64,000 bases of DNA from Minisyncoccota bacterium (GCA_965222715.1 OZ244961.1:462277-526276); one strand, 5' to 3'. Positions 29,969 to 42,087 are shown, counted from the stretch's first letter. Made by a program: numbers and translations. Notes: a model not told the origin generated them from the sequence alone.

Positions 29969-30162
29969 TGTTACTCCTTTCCTGTGCTGTCTACTGAATG
30001 TGTTTGAGAGCGATAACCCCTGGTGGCTCTCAGGGAGATAACTCGATCACCTCCTTTCGGCGGGGTGCTGGTTCGGGACGTGAATCATACGCGACTTCAT
30101 GAAAGTCATTTCAGTATCTCCCTTTGTTGCGGCACAGGATCGTACCACTTTCATCATACCGA

Positions 30163-31491
30163 CTATTCGGAAGCAGTTTCAAGTGCTCCCCGTGTATAAC
30201 GATTACTTGGTGACCATAACATCCAACTCGTAAGACCAGTATCATATGTGGCTTGAATTTGAGCACGCACCTCCTCAACATCATAATCTCCCCCATAATC
30301 AAAATCCTGAAGCCAGGGGCGAAGTTTTTGAATATCGTAGACTGGCTTCGTGTACTCCCCTGTTGCCACCTTTCTGGTGCTTGTTGCGATAAACACTCCT
30401 TCTTCGGTGTGGTGCGCAGGGACAATCTCTTCTTTAAAGACTTCTTTTCCTTCAAGGGTACGGATTGGGGTCGTCTCTCTACGTAACCGCTCTACCGCTT
30501 CTTTCATTGAGACAAATATAACTTTATATGGATCTGAGTTTGGGTTTGAAAGGCCGGCAAAACCAGCATTGTAATGAGAGGGGTACACCATTGGTGCAAT
30601 GTAATCAAAATATGGGAGTGCTCGTTCAAGCTGCTGCCCGATACCAAGGTCATTCGTAAAGACTGTGGTATACCCAAAAAGGTCTGCGGATGTAACGACT
30701 CCAATTGAACTTACCTCTTTGTGAAGGTATTTAAAGAATGTTTCCAGAGCTTCGGCTTTGTTATCATTCACAAACTGCGCGTCCGCCATGGGCCCATCCG
30801 AAGGATAGCGAATATAGTCGTAGTTTAACTCATCAAAACCAATTGCGTATGACTCTTTTGAGAGCTCCACAATATACTCCCAAAACTTTCGAGAACTAAC
30901 ATCAATAAATGAAAGACCTTTGTTATCCTCCCATGGCTCTCCTACCCTACTCACACTCTGAACCGCGAGCTCGGGGTGTAATTGAGAATAGTATGGATCT
31001 TGAAAGACAGTAATGCGTCCAATGACGTATATACCTTTCTCATGAAGAAGTGCAATAAACTCACGCATATCTCGAGCACCACACTGATCAGATACAAAAT
31101 CTTTTAATGTAGGGTTCTCGGTCGGAAATGCAATCTTACCTGTGTAGTCTTTAATATCGATAATAACGGAGTTTAGTTCTGTTTCTTCAATGAGCGCAAC
31201 GAGTGACTCGCGAAACGATGGGGTGCCCACAACACACTGAGACATATATATTGCACGAACAGCCTCTGGGGTATCTATATGAGAAGCAGTTGGTTTTTGT
31301 GGAGTAACATCTTGCCTATCTTCAATAACTGTTGGCGAAGCAGTGGACACAGAATATGAGACTGGAAAGAGTGCTGGCACTGTGAAGTACGCACCAACGA
31401 AAAAACCCATCGCAATAACACCAACGGAATAATGAAATGCTCTACCCGTTGTGCTTTTCTGGATCTTCTGTGCGTGTTTCCGAATTTTCAT
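30163..31491 (-). CDS. Putative glycoside hydrolase (DUF4015-like TIM-barrel) with N-terminal membrane anchor
   Basis: N-terminal TM. Motifs IIDIKDYTGKIAFPT and LNYDYIRYP are typical of the uncharacterised GH-like family. Confidence 0.4.
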   Translation of the reverse strand: MKIRKHAQKIQKSTTGRAFHYSVGVIAMGFFVGAYFTVPALFPVSYSVSTASPTVIEDRQDVTPQKPTASHIDTPEAVRAIYMSQCVVGTPSFRESLVALIEETELNSVIIDIKDYTGKIAFPTENPTLKDFVSDQCGARDMREFIALLHEKGIYVIGRITVFQDPYYSQLHPELAVQSVSRVGEPWEDNKGLSFIDVSSRKFWEYIVELSKESYAIGFDELNYDYIRYPSDGPMADAQFVNDNKAEALETFFKYLHKEVSSIGVVTSADLFGYTTVFTNDLGIGQQLERALPYFDYIAPMVYPSHYNAGFAGLSNPNSDPYKVIFVSMKEAVERLRRETTPIRTLEGKEVFKEEIVPAHHTEEGVFIATSTRKVATGEYTKPVYDIQKLRPWLQDFDYGGDYDVEEVRAQIQATYDTGLTSWMLWSPSNRYTRGALETASE

Positions 31492-31756
31492 TGTGTTCTG
31501 TTAATACACTACTTTGGGTGTAGCTATCAGTATGTTTCTCTGCGGTAAGGTGCGTACAAATTGCACCTGAAGTAATATCTTTACGAAGGAGTAGCGCGGT
31601 AACAATAATCAGGAGTCCAAGTATGTTAAATATGATTGTTTTCCAGGAACTAGGCACTCCAAGAAATGTTGCGAGTACCACAAGTGCGCCAAGAAATATG
31701 AGAAACGAGTCTTTTGTCATAGATATCGGTATTATACGGGAAAAATGAGTGTGTTT

Positions 31757-32056
31757 CTATCCCCTACGTCTGACGTACACGAGGGCTTTTTCATTCTCAA
31801 CCAGCACCTCTTCTCGAGTGTAGCGATACTCAACTCGTTCATATCGATCAAGTTTCTCCAATTCGTCGTGAGAGACAGTGATAAGAAAACCATGGACAGT
31901 ACTTGGTGCATCTTCTACGACCGTCATACCAAAGAAAGGTTTCCCAACACGCTTCCAGCCCACTAAAGCAGCAGGTTGTGCCTCAACAAAACGACCGAGT
32001 ACGAGAAATCGTACAATACCAAACGCAAGAGTACCGTATACAAACACTTTGATCAT
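31757..32056 (-). CDS. Gamma-glutamylcyclotransferase-like (AIG2/GGCT family) protein
   Basis: MIKVFVYGTL motif. ~99 aa. Confidence 0.45.
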   Translation of the reverse strand: MIKVFVYGTLAFGIVRFLVLGRFVEAQPAALVGWKRVGKPFFGMTVVEDAPSTVHGFLITVSHDELEKLDRYERVEYRYTREEVLVENEKALVYVRRRG

Positions 32057-32745
32057 TTCTCTGAAATAACCACAACAAACTCTCCTTTAGTTGGTGTACG
32101 ATACTCTTGAAAAAACTCTTTAATCCCTTTGGCCTCACCAATCTGTATTTCTTCAAATTTTTTTGTCAGTTCACGAAGTACTACCACTTCTCGCGTACCA
32201 ATAACGTCTGCGAGTTCATCGAGCAGCTTCTGTATGCGATGTGGTGATTCATACAACACCACAGCATGATCAATGTGTGCAATCTCTTTAATGAGAGTTG
32301 CTCGACCTTTTTTGTGTGGTAAGAAACCTAGAAATACAAATTGGGTAGCAGGAACGCCCGCAACAGAAAGTGCTGCGGTGAGTGCCGAGGGTCCAGGAAT
32401 AGGTTCGATAGGAAATGTATCACCAAGCGCCTGCCGGACAGAGGCCACTAATCGATATCCAGGATCGGATATACCTGGTGTCCCCGCATCAGTCACGTAG
32501 GCAATATTCTCTCCTTCAGTAAGGCGATTGATAATCTCTTGTGCTCGCGTTTTCTCAATATTCGCATCAAGTCGTTTTATTGGTGTTGTAATTTCGTAGC
32601 GATTCAGTAGTTTTTTAGTCACTCGCGTATCTTCACAGAAAATAACATCTACCTCTTTAAGTATACGAAGGGCGCGAAGCGTAATATCCTCGAGGTTACC
32701 AATGGGAGTGCCGACAATGTAGAGCGTTGCCATGGTGGGTATCAT
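32053..32745 (-). CDS. rsmI: 16S rRNA (cytidine1402-2'-O)-methyltransferase RsmI
   Basis: LYIVGTPIGNLEDITLRALRILKEVDVIFCEDTR tetrapyrrole-methylase-like fold, typical of RsmI. Confidence 0.75.
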   Translation of the reverse strand: MIPTMATLYIVGTPIGNLEDITLRALRILKEVDVIFCEDTRVTKKLLNRYEITTPIKRLDANIEKTRAQEIINRLTEGENIAYVTDAGTPGISDPGYRLVASVRQALGDTFPIEPIPGPSALTAALSVAGVPATQFVFLGFLPHKKGRATLIKEIAHIDHAVVLYESPHRIQKLLDELADVIGTREVVVLRELTKKFEEIQIGEAKGIKEFFQEYRTPTKGEFVVVISEK

Positions 32746-32868
32746 ACACGCCTCAGTAGTAAAAATACAGTTTGTATATCTTTAATGTATTAGTTGCGTC
32801 TACTGTTGAGGTGTTTTAGGATAAGTAGTGGAATAGAAAAGAAACGCAAAATACGGGAGCATACAAAC

Positions 32869-33078
32869 ATGAATTGTACAGGAAAAGATCCCCTCAATGG
32901 TACACCAAGTGCTGGGGTCGTCCGAAGTCCGATAGACGAAGAGGAAGATCTTGTCACTCCTGAGGAATCTACTGGGGTGTCCTCAGATGACACACCAAAA
33001 GAAACCTCAAAAGAAATAAAGAGTGACATCTTTGACCCTGAAGATGATCAGGGTATACATTCCATTGTCGGTCGCTAA
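32869..33078 (+). CDS. Small acidic hypothetical protein
   Basis: GGGAG 8 nt upstream of the ATG at 32869. 69 aa, D/E-rich. Confidence 0.25.
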   Translation: MNCTGKDPLNGTPSAGVVRSPIDEEEDLVTPEESTGVSSDDTPKETSKEIKSDIFDPEDDQGIHSIVGR

Positions 33079-33474
33079 CGTTTCTCAACCACACATATAA
33101 CACCCAAACCGGAGCGCACACGCTCCGGTTTCTCTATATTTATCTACTAAAAAGAAGTCGCCGAACAGTATGAAGTGTTCGGCGACGAATCGGGTGTGAG
33201 TCAGTGCATCGACTCAAATTTTGGAGGCGATCTCCAGATTTCGAGAAGGTATTCAATGGGTCCTTTCACGTGGGCGAATACGAGCACCCAAATGATTGGA
33301 CTGGATACCAGGCGGACGAGCCACCAGAAAACGCTCAACATAAAACAGTAGAGAACCAGGATGTGATTGAGCATAGGATACCCCCCGTTTTTTGCTCGAG
33401 AAAAATGAGGAAGGCCAAGACGGCAATGATGCAATTTGGTATCTCACCGCACCACCACCAGAATGAACCGTATT

Positions 33475-33747
33475 TCATGATCCCCTCCCCAGCGAACCAA
33501 ACGCGTCCGGGTCATCAGCTTGTTGAATCAAGGCTGAAATAACCATGAGGGCATCACCGTATTTCTCGTCCCCGTAAAGCTCGCTGAAAAGATGTGCAAG
33601 TACGGATTTGTCGTGACCAGAAAGAGGTCGAGCATCCGGATCATGTGTTACTCGATACCCTTCTGCAAGCTCATTAACACGAGCTTGAAATTCTTCTTGA
33701 TCGATACTCATGAGTTCCTCCTTTTGGAACATCAATTTTTTAACCAC
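33475..33747 (-). CDS. Hypothetical small protein
   Basis: ORF only. Confidence 0.3.
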   Translation of the reverse strand: MVKKLMFQKEELMSIDQEEFQARVNELAEGYRVTHDPDARPLSGHDKSVLAHLFSELYGDEKYGDALMVISALIQQADDPDAFGSLGRGS

Positions 33748-33834
33748 TGTGACTATAGCACAGAAAAATAAAAAATCTAGGTGTTTGTATGTTGGGTAAC
33801 AATAACGTTTAAAGCTGTATCAGGTACTTTCCAA

Positions 33835-34030
33835 GGTGCGGATGCCAAGACTCGAACTTGCCTCCCTGCAGGAGCTGTACACCTTGTCGATATTTTCAGA
33901 GAACATATCTGGCAAGGTCTTGCGAAGCTTCAAGTATTCGCTTCTCACCTCGTCATTATCAGGAGAAACGACATGCGTTTCTCCGCTCTACGCCTGAGCA
34001 CAAGTGGTAGAGCCTTCAAGCTCATTGAAA
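33835..34030 (-). other. tRNA-like remnant: partial duplicate of the tRNA-Ile anticodon-loop/3'-half, interrupted by a ~90 nt insert
   Basis: Minus strand contains CTGATAATGACGAGGT ... GGAGGCAAGTTCGAGTCTTGGCATCCGCACC. This is near-identical to tRNA-Ile positions 32-73, but with a ~90 nt insert between the anticodon stem and T-arm. An upstream GCTCAGG..TAGAGC D-arm-like segment is present. No clean acceptor 5' strand. Confidence 0.3.
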
Positions 34031-34034
34031 TCTA

Positions 34035-34108
34035 GTGCGGATGCCAAGACTCGAACTTGGGACCTCGTCATTATCAGTGACGCGCTCTAACCACCTGAGC
34101 TACACCCG
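34035..34108 (-). tRNA. tRNA-Ile (anticodon GAT)
   Basis: GCGGGTGTAGCTCAGGTGGTTAGAGCGCGTCACTGATAATGACGAGGTCCCAAGTTCGAGTCTTGGCATCCGCA folds as a canonical cloverleaf. CCA is not encoded. Confidence 0.85.
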
Positions 34109-34496
34109 CAAAGTACAGCACATAGTAGCAAAATGAGTCTATAATCTCAACGCCTAGCAGATAACTTAGTGAGTACTTGAAGAATCTTGCAGTATTTGCT
34201 ACCCTCCCTAATGGAATAACCCTAACCTAATTGGAGGCTTTTCGTGTGTCAACGATATAGTGGAAGAAACCATATCCCGCAAGATCAAGGTACGTCGCGT
34301 GAAAACGGAGGTGGCTGCTCCGTTGCCGGCAAGGAAAATAAGTGCCAAGGCAAAAAGAGACTGCCTCGGAAGAGAAAGCGGGACCAAGCATCGAGACCGA
34401 GGAGCGGCTCGATTCTTCAGGCACATTGGGCATGAATACAACAACCGCGCAGATCAGTGATCTGCGCGGTTTCTCGTTACAGCTATCACGGATAGA

Positions 34497-34535
34497 AATA
34501 AAAAACGCCAAAGGTACCTTTGGCGTTTTTTTACG
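34497..34535. terminator. A-run / CGCCAAAGGTACCTTTGGCG hairpin / T-run (bidirectional-terminator-like) inside the 16S-to-tRNA-Ile region
   Basis: Perfect 20-nt palindrome flanked by A7 and T7. Confidence 0.4.
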
Positions 34536-34749
34536 GCTCTGTAGAGCCATTTTTATTAATATACTTTCTTTTGTTCCGTTCAATCTCCAAGTAACGCACT
34601 TCTTGGTTAGCGAGTGTAGCCCCGATATGAAATCGGGACTCCGACAGAACCGTCGGAGATAAGAGTACAACACTATTGCTCTTTCCATGCTCGTACGAGG
34701 CATAGAAGATCGACCGGTTAAGTTGTATACCGTAGTACACAACGTCTCC

Positions 34750-36212
<1,463 letters not shown>

Positions 36213-36536
36213 TCTGCCTTACGACAGTTCATAGAATGAACGAAACAAAAGAAAATATATTAAGTGATTCTCTTTTTTCTGGTTGCCTCGTTGCGACACG
36301 AGGACTTTTTTTGGATTCACAGGACCTGTTTGAAACAGGTCCTTAGACGAACTACACAGCCCCGTCAGAGCTATGTATTAAGGTTCGCACAAATTGCTAT
36401 TCAGTTTTCAAAGGCTGTATTCATAAGTGAACTGAGCCAAACAAAAACTGCCCTACGCAGTTGTAGAAGAGTATATAGGAGTCTAGCTCTAGAGTCAAGA
36501 AAGAAAAAACCGGAAAGTAAAGATGCTTTCCGGTCA

Positions 36537-37283
36537 CTATTTGAGTGGATTTTCCGATCCAAGCAAACCGAGAGTCACTCGAATTGCTGGAAGGTTTCTT
36601 CCAAGGGATATCCGAGTTTTAGAACTCTTTGCATAAGAACGTAAGTGTACAGCAACCACTTCTCCCCTACAGTTTAAAACTGCTGAGCCAGAACTACCTG
36701 GCCGAATTGGCCTTGACGGTAGCTGAGCAATGTATGATTCAAATGCTCGATCTCTACCAAGGAATGTGATTGGAGAAACCATAAATGGCCACCTTGATGG
36801 ATTCCCTACAACAAACCCGCTTTCACCTTCGCGTGGTTCTCGCTCTGAAAAAGTTGCTGGTACAACAGAAGTAAGAGGTGTGGCTACTTCAACAACACCA
36901 AGGTCGTACACTGAGTGGCGAACCCGAAGTGTTATTGTCCGTTCATACTCATTGAGATTTTCTGCAGACGGTAGACGTATATACGAACGTGACATTCTTA
37001 CTAATCGTAGGATGTTATCGAAAGTGAGTATGGGAATATCCCTGCTCTCACCAACTTCATTCAGCTCGACCATCTTCAAAAAATGATGGTTGACTAGCAG
37101 TAATGTAGGAGAGAGAACTACTCCTGTTGCGTGTGCATAGGAACCTCGCTCAACCCCAACCCACACAACTGATGATTCGATATTTCCAAGAATTCTTGGA
37201 CACGTATTTACAGTACTCGCAAATGCAACTTCTCCAATAAAAAACTTGAGAAGAAATATTGCGATGATGCTTAATCGGCACAT
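36537..37283 (-). CDS. Secreted trypsin-like (S1 family) serine protease
   Basis: Signal peptide MCRLSIIAIFLLKFFIGEVAFAS. His region ATGVVLSPTLLLVNHHF. Ser region RPGSSGSAVLN. Confidence 0.5.
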   Translation of the reverse strand: MCRLSIIAIFLLKFFIGEVAFASTVNTCPRILGNIESSVVWVGVERGSYAHATGVVLSPTLLLVNHHFLKMVELNEVGESRDIPILTFDNILRLVRMSRSYIRLPSAENLNEYERTITLRVRHSVYDLGVVEVATPLTSVVPATFSEREPREGESGFVVGNPSRWPFMVSPITFLGRDRAFESYIAQLPSRPIRPGSSGSAVLNCRGEVVAVHLRSYAKSSKTRISLGRNLPAIRVTLGLLGSENPLK

Positions 37284-37363
37284 TTATTCCTCCTTGAACT
37301 AGACTCCTAGAAACCTGGAGTGAATTAAACATTATTTTTTATAAATAATCAAAAAATTATTTT

Positions 37364-38260
37364 CTATTTCTCTCTATTCCACGACACAAGTAGTGGAGTT
37401 GCAAGACAAATTGAGGAGTAAGTACCGGCAATTACACCCACAAGAAGTACTAGTGCAAAGTCTTGGGTGACTGGAGCACCAAGGAAAAAGAGGGTGAGAA
37501 GTACGAAAATAGTTGTGAGTGAGGTATTCACTGAGCGCATGTATGTTTGCTCAAGACTCTTCCCCACAGTGAGCTCAAAATCTTCTTTTCTATTGAGTTC
37601 TCGGTTTAACCGCAAATTTTCACGCACTCGGTCAAACACTACGATGGTGTCATTCACTGAGTAGCCGAGAATTGCAAGAAGTGCCATCACAAAAAGTACA
37701 TTTACTTCTGAACCAAAGAGATACCCGAGCCCAGCAAAGACACCAATAGGAATGAGTATATCGTGAAGTAGTGCAACAATAGCAATCACGCCGTACTTCC
37801 ATGACGACACTGGTTCAGATACTTTACGAAAGACAAACGCAACAAAGAGAATAATAACGAGTGATGCAAGTGCAATGGCAACTAACGCTTTATTCTTTAA
37901 CTCATTTCCAATAACTGGACCAATAGTATTGATACGATCTTGCACTACTTCATACTGACCATTAAATGAAAGAGTTTGTAAGAGTGCCACACGAGCATCC
38001 TCAGAAAGTTCTTGGGTACGTAAAATAAAACCGCTCTCTCCTGTTTCTCGTAATGAGAACTCCCCTGGTTGTGTATTTTGAAGACGAGAGACAATGTCAC
38101 TCTTCTGGGGTACTTCAGTAGTATATGAAAACTCAACGAGTGAACCGCCAGTAAAATCAATGCCGAAATTAAGACCAAAGACAGATACACTTATAATTGC
38201 CGCAATAACAAAAAGTGCGGTGAGTGCGTAAAATATTTTTCTGTAGGTGACAATAAACAT
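37364..38260 (-). CDS. secF: Protein translocase subunit SecF
   Basis: GIDFTGGSLVEF motif. Six TM helices. Confidence 0.8.
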   Translation of the reverse strand: MFIVTYRKIFYALTALFVIAAIISVSVFGLNFGIDFTGGSLVEFSYTTEVPQKSDIVSRLQNTQPGEFSLRETGESGFILRTQELSEDARVALLQTLSFNGQYEVVQDRINTIGPVIGNELKNKALVAIALASLVIILFVAFVFRKVSEPVSSWKYGVIAIVALLHDILIPIGVFAGLGYLFGSEVNVLFVMALLAILGYSVNDTIVVFDRVRENLRLNRELNRKEDFELTVGKSLEQTYMRSVNTSLTTIFVLLTLFFLGAPVTQDFALVLLVGVIAGTYSSICLATPLLVSWNREK

Positions 38261-38262
38261 AT

Positions 38263-39588
38263 TTAGAAATAAAAACCACTACCAAAGAAGAGTCGCGTGA
38301 GACGTCGATTGGCGTAGCGACCAAGACTCACGAGTAGTGTGCGAGTAATGACAACCGCAGTAAACATACTTACTAAAACTCCGAGTCCAAAGGTAAGAGC
38401 AAACCCCTGTACTAAAGAAGTACCAAACCAAAAGAGAATAACAGCAATAATTAAACTTGAAATATTACCATCTCGAATTGAAAGCCATGCTCGAGCAAAC
38501 CCTTCTTTGATTGCGTCTTTGGTATCCTTCCCCTCCTTAAGTTCTTCTTTCAGGCGCTCAAAAATGAGGACATTTGCATCAACTGCAAGACCGATGGTGA
38601 GAATAAAACCAGCAACGCCTGCAGCGGTAAGGGTTACCGGAATGAGTTTAAAGAGTGCGAGCATGAGAGCGATATAGATACTCAAAGACACCACTGCAAT
38701 AAAACCAGGAATCCGGTACCACACTACCAAAAAGACAGCGACCAGGAGTAGACCAAGTACCCCAGCTACCACACCTCGCTCAAGTGCAATGGAGCCAAGC
38801 GATGCACCAATAGTCTGGGTACTCAAAAGTTCGATTGGTACCGGAAGTGCTCCAAAGTTTAAATTGCGAACTAACTCTCGTGCTTCTTCTGGATTAAAGT
38901 TGCCAGAGATAACTGCGGTACCATTTGGAATTTCGTCTTGGACCACTGGATCTGAAATAAGTTCTCCATCAAGGAAAATACCAACAATCTCCCCAATGTT
39001 ATTTCGGGTAATCTCAGCAAATAACTCTCTTCCTTCGCTATTAAATTCGATAACAACGACTGGCTCATTTGAGAGCCCTGATGAAGCATTCCCAAACTGT
39101 AACGTTGCTCGCTCAAGAAAACGACCAGTAAGACCAGTGTCTTGATACGAGGCGTTGAGGTTGAGTGTACCATCTTCATCAACCCCAGCTTCTTCTGTAA
39201 CCAACAGTTTGAATTCAAGTACAGGCGTTTCACCAATAAGGGCAATTGCTTCTTCTGTATCAGTAACTCCAGGAAGCTCAACAATCAAACGCTCTTCTTC
39301 TACACCAGAAAACAAATCACTTCGCTCAGTTTGCACTATTGGTTCAGCAACACCAAAGAGATTTACTCGTCGCTCAATCACATCTCGAAGTGAGGACATT
39401 GCATCCCCTACTTCACCTTCAGGTACACTTGAGGTGTCGGCACGGTAGACAAGGTGTGTACCGCCAGCAAGATCAAGGCCAAATTTAAACGGAAAGGCGC
39501 CCTCCCCTCGTTCAGATTGAAAGACAAAAGAGCCGACAAGAAGGCCGGCAACAAGAAGTATGAGTGCTAGTAGGCGCACTTTCCACAT
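38263..39588 (-). CDS. secD: Protein translocase subunit SecD
   Basis: LGLDLAGGTHLVY motif. Periplasmic domain plus C-terminal TM bundle. Confidence 0.8.
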   Translation of the reverse strand: MWKVRLLALILLVAGLLVGSFVFQSERGEGAFPFKFGLDLAGGTHLVYRADTSSVPEGEVGDAMSSLRDVIERRVNLFGVAEPIVQTERSDLFSGVEEERLIVELPGVTDTEEAIALIGETPVLEFKLLVTEEAGVDEDGTLNLNASYQDTGLTGRFLERATLQFGNASSGLSNEPVVVIEFNSEGRELFAEITRNNIGEIVGIFLDGELISDPVVQDEIPNGTAVISGNFNPEEARELVRNLNFGALPVPIELLSTQTIGASLGSIALERGVVAGVLGLLLVAVFLVVWYRIPGFIAVVSLSIYIALMLALFKLIPVTLTAAGVAGFILTIGLAVDANVLIFERLKEELKEGKDTKDAIKEGFARAWLSIRDGNISSLIIAVILFWFGTSLVQGFALTFGLGVLVSMFTAVVITRTLLVSLGRYANRRLTRLFFGSGFYF

Positions 39589-39655
39589 ATCACAGTAGTA
39601 TAGGGGGTTTTGGGGTAGTTGTAAAACCCAATATAGTTAGGCGGTATGTAGATGC

Positions 39656-40720
39656 TTAACGACGAGATTCTTCAGGTACATACTCTTCGTATCGTCCATC
39701 AGTGTGATAAAAAGCGTCAAACGACGAATGTTTGTAGTGATATCCGTACATATCAGTAAGTTTTGAACCATCCATAACAATGGGGTATGAATAGAACCGC
39801 CACCCACCACGAGATGTTGGTATCTTTCCACGTGTGAGGTGCCAAAACCAAAAAAATGCGAATCGAATAAGAAGTGGTGGCACCATAATGACTCGCTTCC
39901 CCACAGCCTTTCCCATATCTTTCGGTCGCACCACTTCTCCAGGAGGTGTAATGTTAAAGACTTCATAGGCACCTGTAATATCTTCAAAAGAAAGAAGGGC
40001 GACAATATCTGTCACATCATCCTCATGAATAAATTGGCGACACCATTTTTTAGTCGCAGGGACATTTGCAACTAAGAATGAAACCATGCGATACACGAAT
40101 GAATCCTTAAGTTGACCTGAGAGTGCTGACTGTAAACCAAAGCGGATACGCATAAAACGACCACGAGGACCAGTAATGGCTGCAGGGCGTACAACGAACA
40201 CCTGAGGGGTGCTGTCTTTGGCTTGAGCTTTATATGCATCTTCTAAGAGCTCTTCAACAATTCGTTTTTCATTACCATACGAATACTCTGTTTCTCGAAA
40301 CTCTTCTGTCTCTTTAAACATGTGTTCAAGAGTGTTGTCTTTATACGCACCATACGAAGAAGCGGTTGAAAAATAAATGAGTCGTTGTACTGAATCTTGA
40401 TTAAAAGCAAAATCAAATACTTTCTTCGAACCTATAACATTCCACTGGTACTGCGTGTCTCGATCTCCATACATTTCTCGAATCTGCCACGCTGTATGAA
40501 TGACAATATCTGGATTATACGAAGCAACCTTGTCTTCCCATGAACTGTCAGTAGTATGTGCCGTAATCCAGACAATTTTTTCATTACTCTCAAGAAGTTC
40601 TGGCTTCTCTTCTTTATCAAGCGCAATAATTTGCTCTACATCATCACGTTGTGAAAATTGGTCACAGAGCATCGCACCAACGTACCCCGCTCCTCCAGTT
40701 ATAAATAGTGTGTGTTTCAT
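39656..40720 (-). CDS. NAD-dependent epimerase/dehydratase family protein
   Basis: MKHTLFITGGAGYVGAMLCDQF Rossmann motif. Confidence 0.6.
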   Translation of the reverse strand: MKHTLFITGGAGYVGAMLCDQFSQRDDVEQIIALDKEEKPELLESNEKIVWITAHTTDSSWEDKVASYNPDIVIHTAWQIREMYGDRDTQYQWNVIGSKKVFDFAFNQDSVQRLIYFSTASSYGAYKDNTLEHMFKETEEFRETEYSYGNEKRIVEELLEDAYKAQAKDSTPQVFVVRPAAITGPRGRFMRIRFGLQSALSGQLKDSFVYRMVSFLVANVPATKKWCRQFIHEDDVTDIVALLSFEDITGAYEVFNITPPGEVVRPKDMGKAVGKRVIMVPPLLIRFAFFWFWHLTRGKIPTSRGGWRFYSYPIVMDGSKLTDMYGYHYKHSSFDAFYHTDGRYEEYVPEESRR

Positions 40721-40725
40721 ACGAA

Positions 40726-42087
40726 TTAACTTCCCAGTCGTGAAAATATAGTAGTAAGTGTTTGTAGTGCTATCTGTATATCTAAGATAAGTGAACGATT
40801 TTTAATATAATACACATCATACGCTAAACGTACCTCTGTATCTACAACTGACTGCGGAGAGACTTGGTTCTTTAGACCGTAGTCTTGTTTTATTTGTGCC
40901 CATCCAGTGAGTCCTGGTTTAATGAAGTTACGAACAGTGTAGTGAGGGATTTCTTCTGAAAGTCGCTTATGCAGGCCAGCAATATCTGGACGAGGCCCAA
41001 TGAAAGACATGTCACCAATAAATACACTCCAGAGTTGTGGGAGTTCGTCAATACGTGTCTTTCGTAAAAAGGAACCAACCCGAGTGATTGTATTGTCAGT
41101 TTCACCAATCCATACACCATCTTCGTTTCGTGTCATTGTTCGAAACTTTACAACAACTATTTCTTCTCCATCCTCTCCAATACGGGTCTGGGTGATGAAG
41201 ACACTCCCACCATCCTCGAGTTTAATTAAAAGATACACGAATGGATACACTAGTAATGACAGTAACCCCAGTGTGACAGAACCTAAAATATCTATAGCAC
41301 GCTTTGCTAGAGCGTAAAAAATTCGTGGACGTGTTGAGATAGTGTTCATGATCCAACGCTCGTTAAGCGCCGAGAGAGGAATGCGTTCAAATATATCTTC
41401 GTAGAGATTATGAATATCAAGGTAGGTGACGTCTTTCTCAGTAATTGATGATAGAGAGTTAAGTACAGACTCAATACTTCGACTTTTTATATCAGCAACA
41501 ATAACTGAGACCTCGCCACTATGTATCTTCTCTTTTATTCGAGCAATAACCTCGCTAACTCCTTCGGGACCATCGAGTAGTATTGCGTCAACAAACTCAA
41601 GTGCATATCGAGGGTTTCCATTCACTTCAGTAGTGAGCTCATCTACTTCTGTTTGGTATCCAATAATGACTGCTTTTTGCTTCTTTCGAAAACCAATGTA
41701 TGGGAAAAAGTTGATTCGCCACATAATAATAAAGAGTGACGAAAAGACGAGATAGAGTACTAAATTAGTTTTGGGAGCAATATCAAAGTACGGCACAAAG
41801 AAGAAAAAGAGAGCTGCAATAATGATATTTATTGCCTGAGCATTAAGTATGATTGATGGTATTTTCTTCCGGAGAATAGAGGTATGTTTGTTATATAAAC
41901 CAGAAATAAAGAATACTAATACCCATACAATAAAAAGTAACGAAAAAGGAATGATGTGGTTATATAAGAGTGTAGCTGATGGTGTCTCCACGTAACGCAC
42001 AAGAAGCGTCACCCACAGTGCAAGTAAGAAAAATACAACATCTCCAACAAGAAGAATGATAGGTTCCTGTTTAATAGCTATAGTCAT
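40726..42087 (-). CDS. Polyprenyl-phosphate glycosylphosphotransferase (bacterial sugar transferase, WbaP/EpsL-like initiating enzyme)
   Basis: N-terminal TM helices. C-terminal Bac_transf motifs FRTM...GPRP...KPGLTGWAQI. Confidence 0.7.
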   Translation of the reverse strand: MTIAIKQEPIILLVGDVVFFLLALWVTLLVRYVETPSATLLYNHIIPFSLLFIVWVLVFFISGLYNKHTSILRKKIPSIILNAQAINIIIAALFFFFVPYFDIAPKTNLVLYLVFSSLFIIMWRINFFPYIGFRKKQKAVIIGYQTEVDELTTEVNGNPRYALEFVDAILLDGPEGVSEVIARIKEKIHSGEVSVIVADIKSRSIESVLNSLSSITEKDVTYLDIHNLYEDIFERIPLSALNERWIMNTISTRPRIFYALAKRAIDILGSVTLGLLSLLVYPFVYLLIKLEDGGSVFITQTRIGEDGEEIVVVKFRTMTRNEDGVWIGETDNTITRVGSFLRKTRIDELPQLWSVFIGDMSFIGPRPDIAGLHKRLSEEIPHYTVRNFIKPGLTGWAQIKQDYGLKNQVSPQSVVDTEVRLAYDVYYIKNRSLILDIQIALQTLTTIFSRLGS

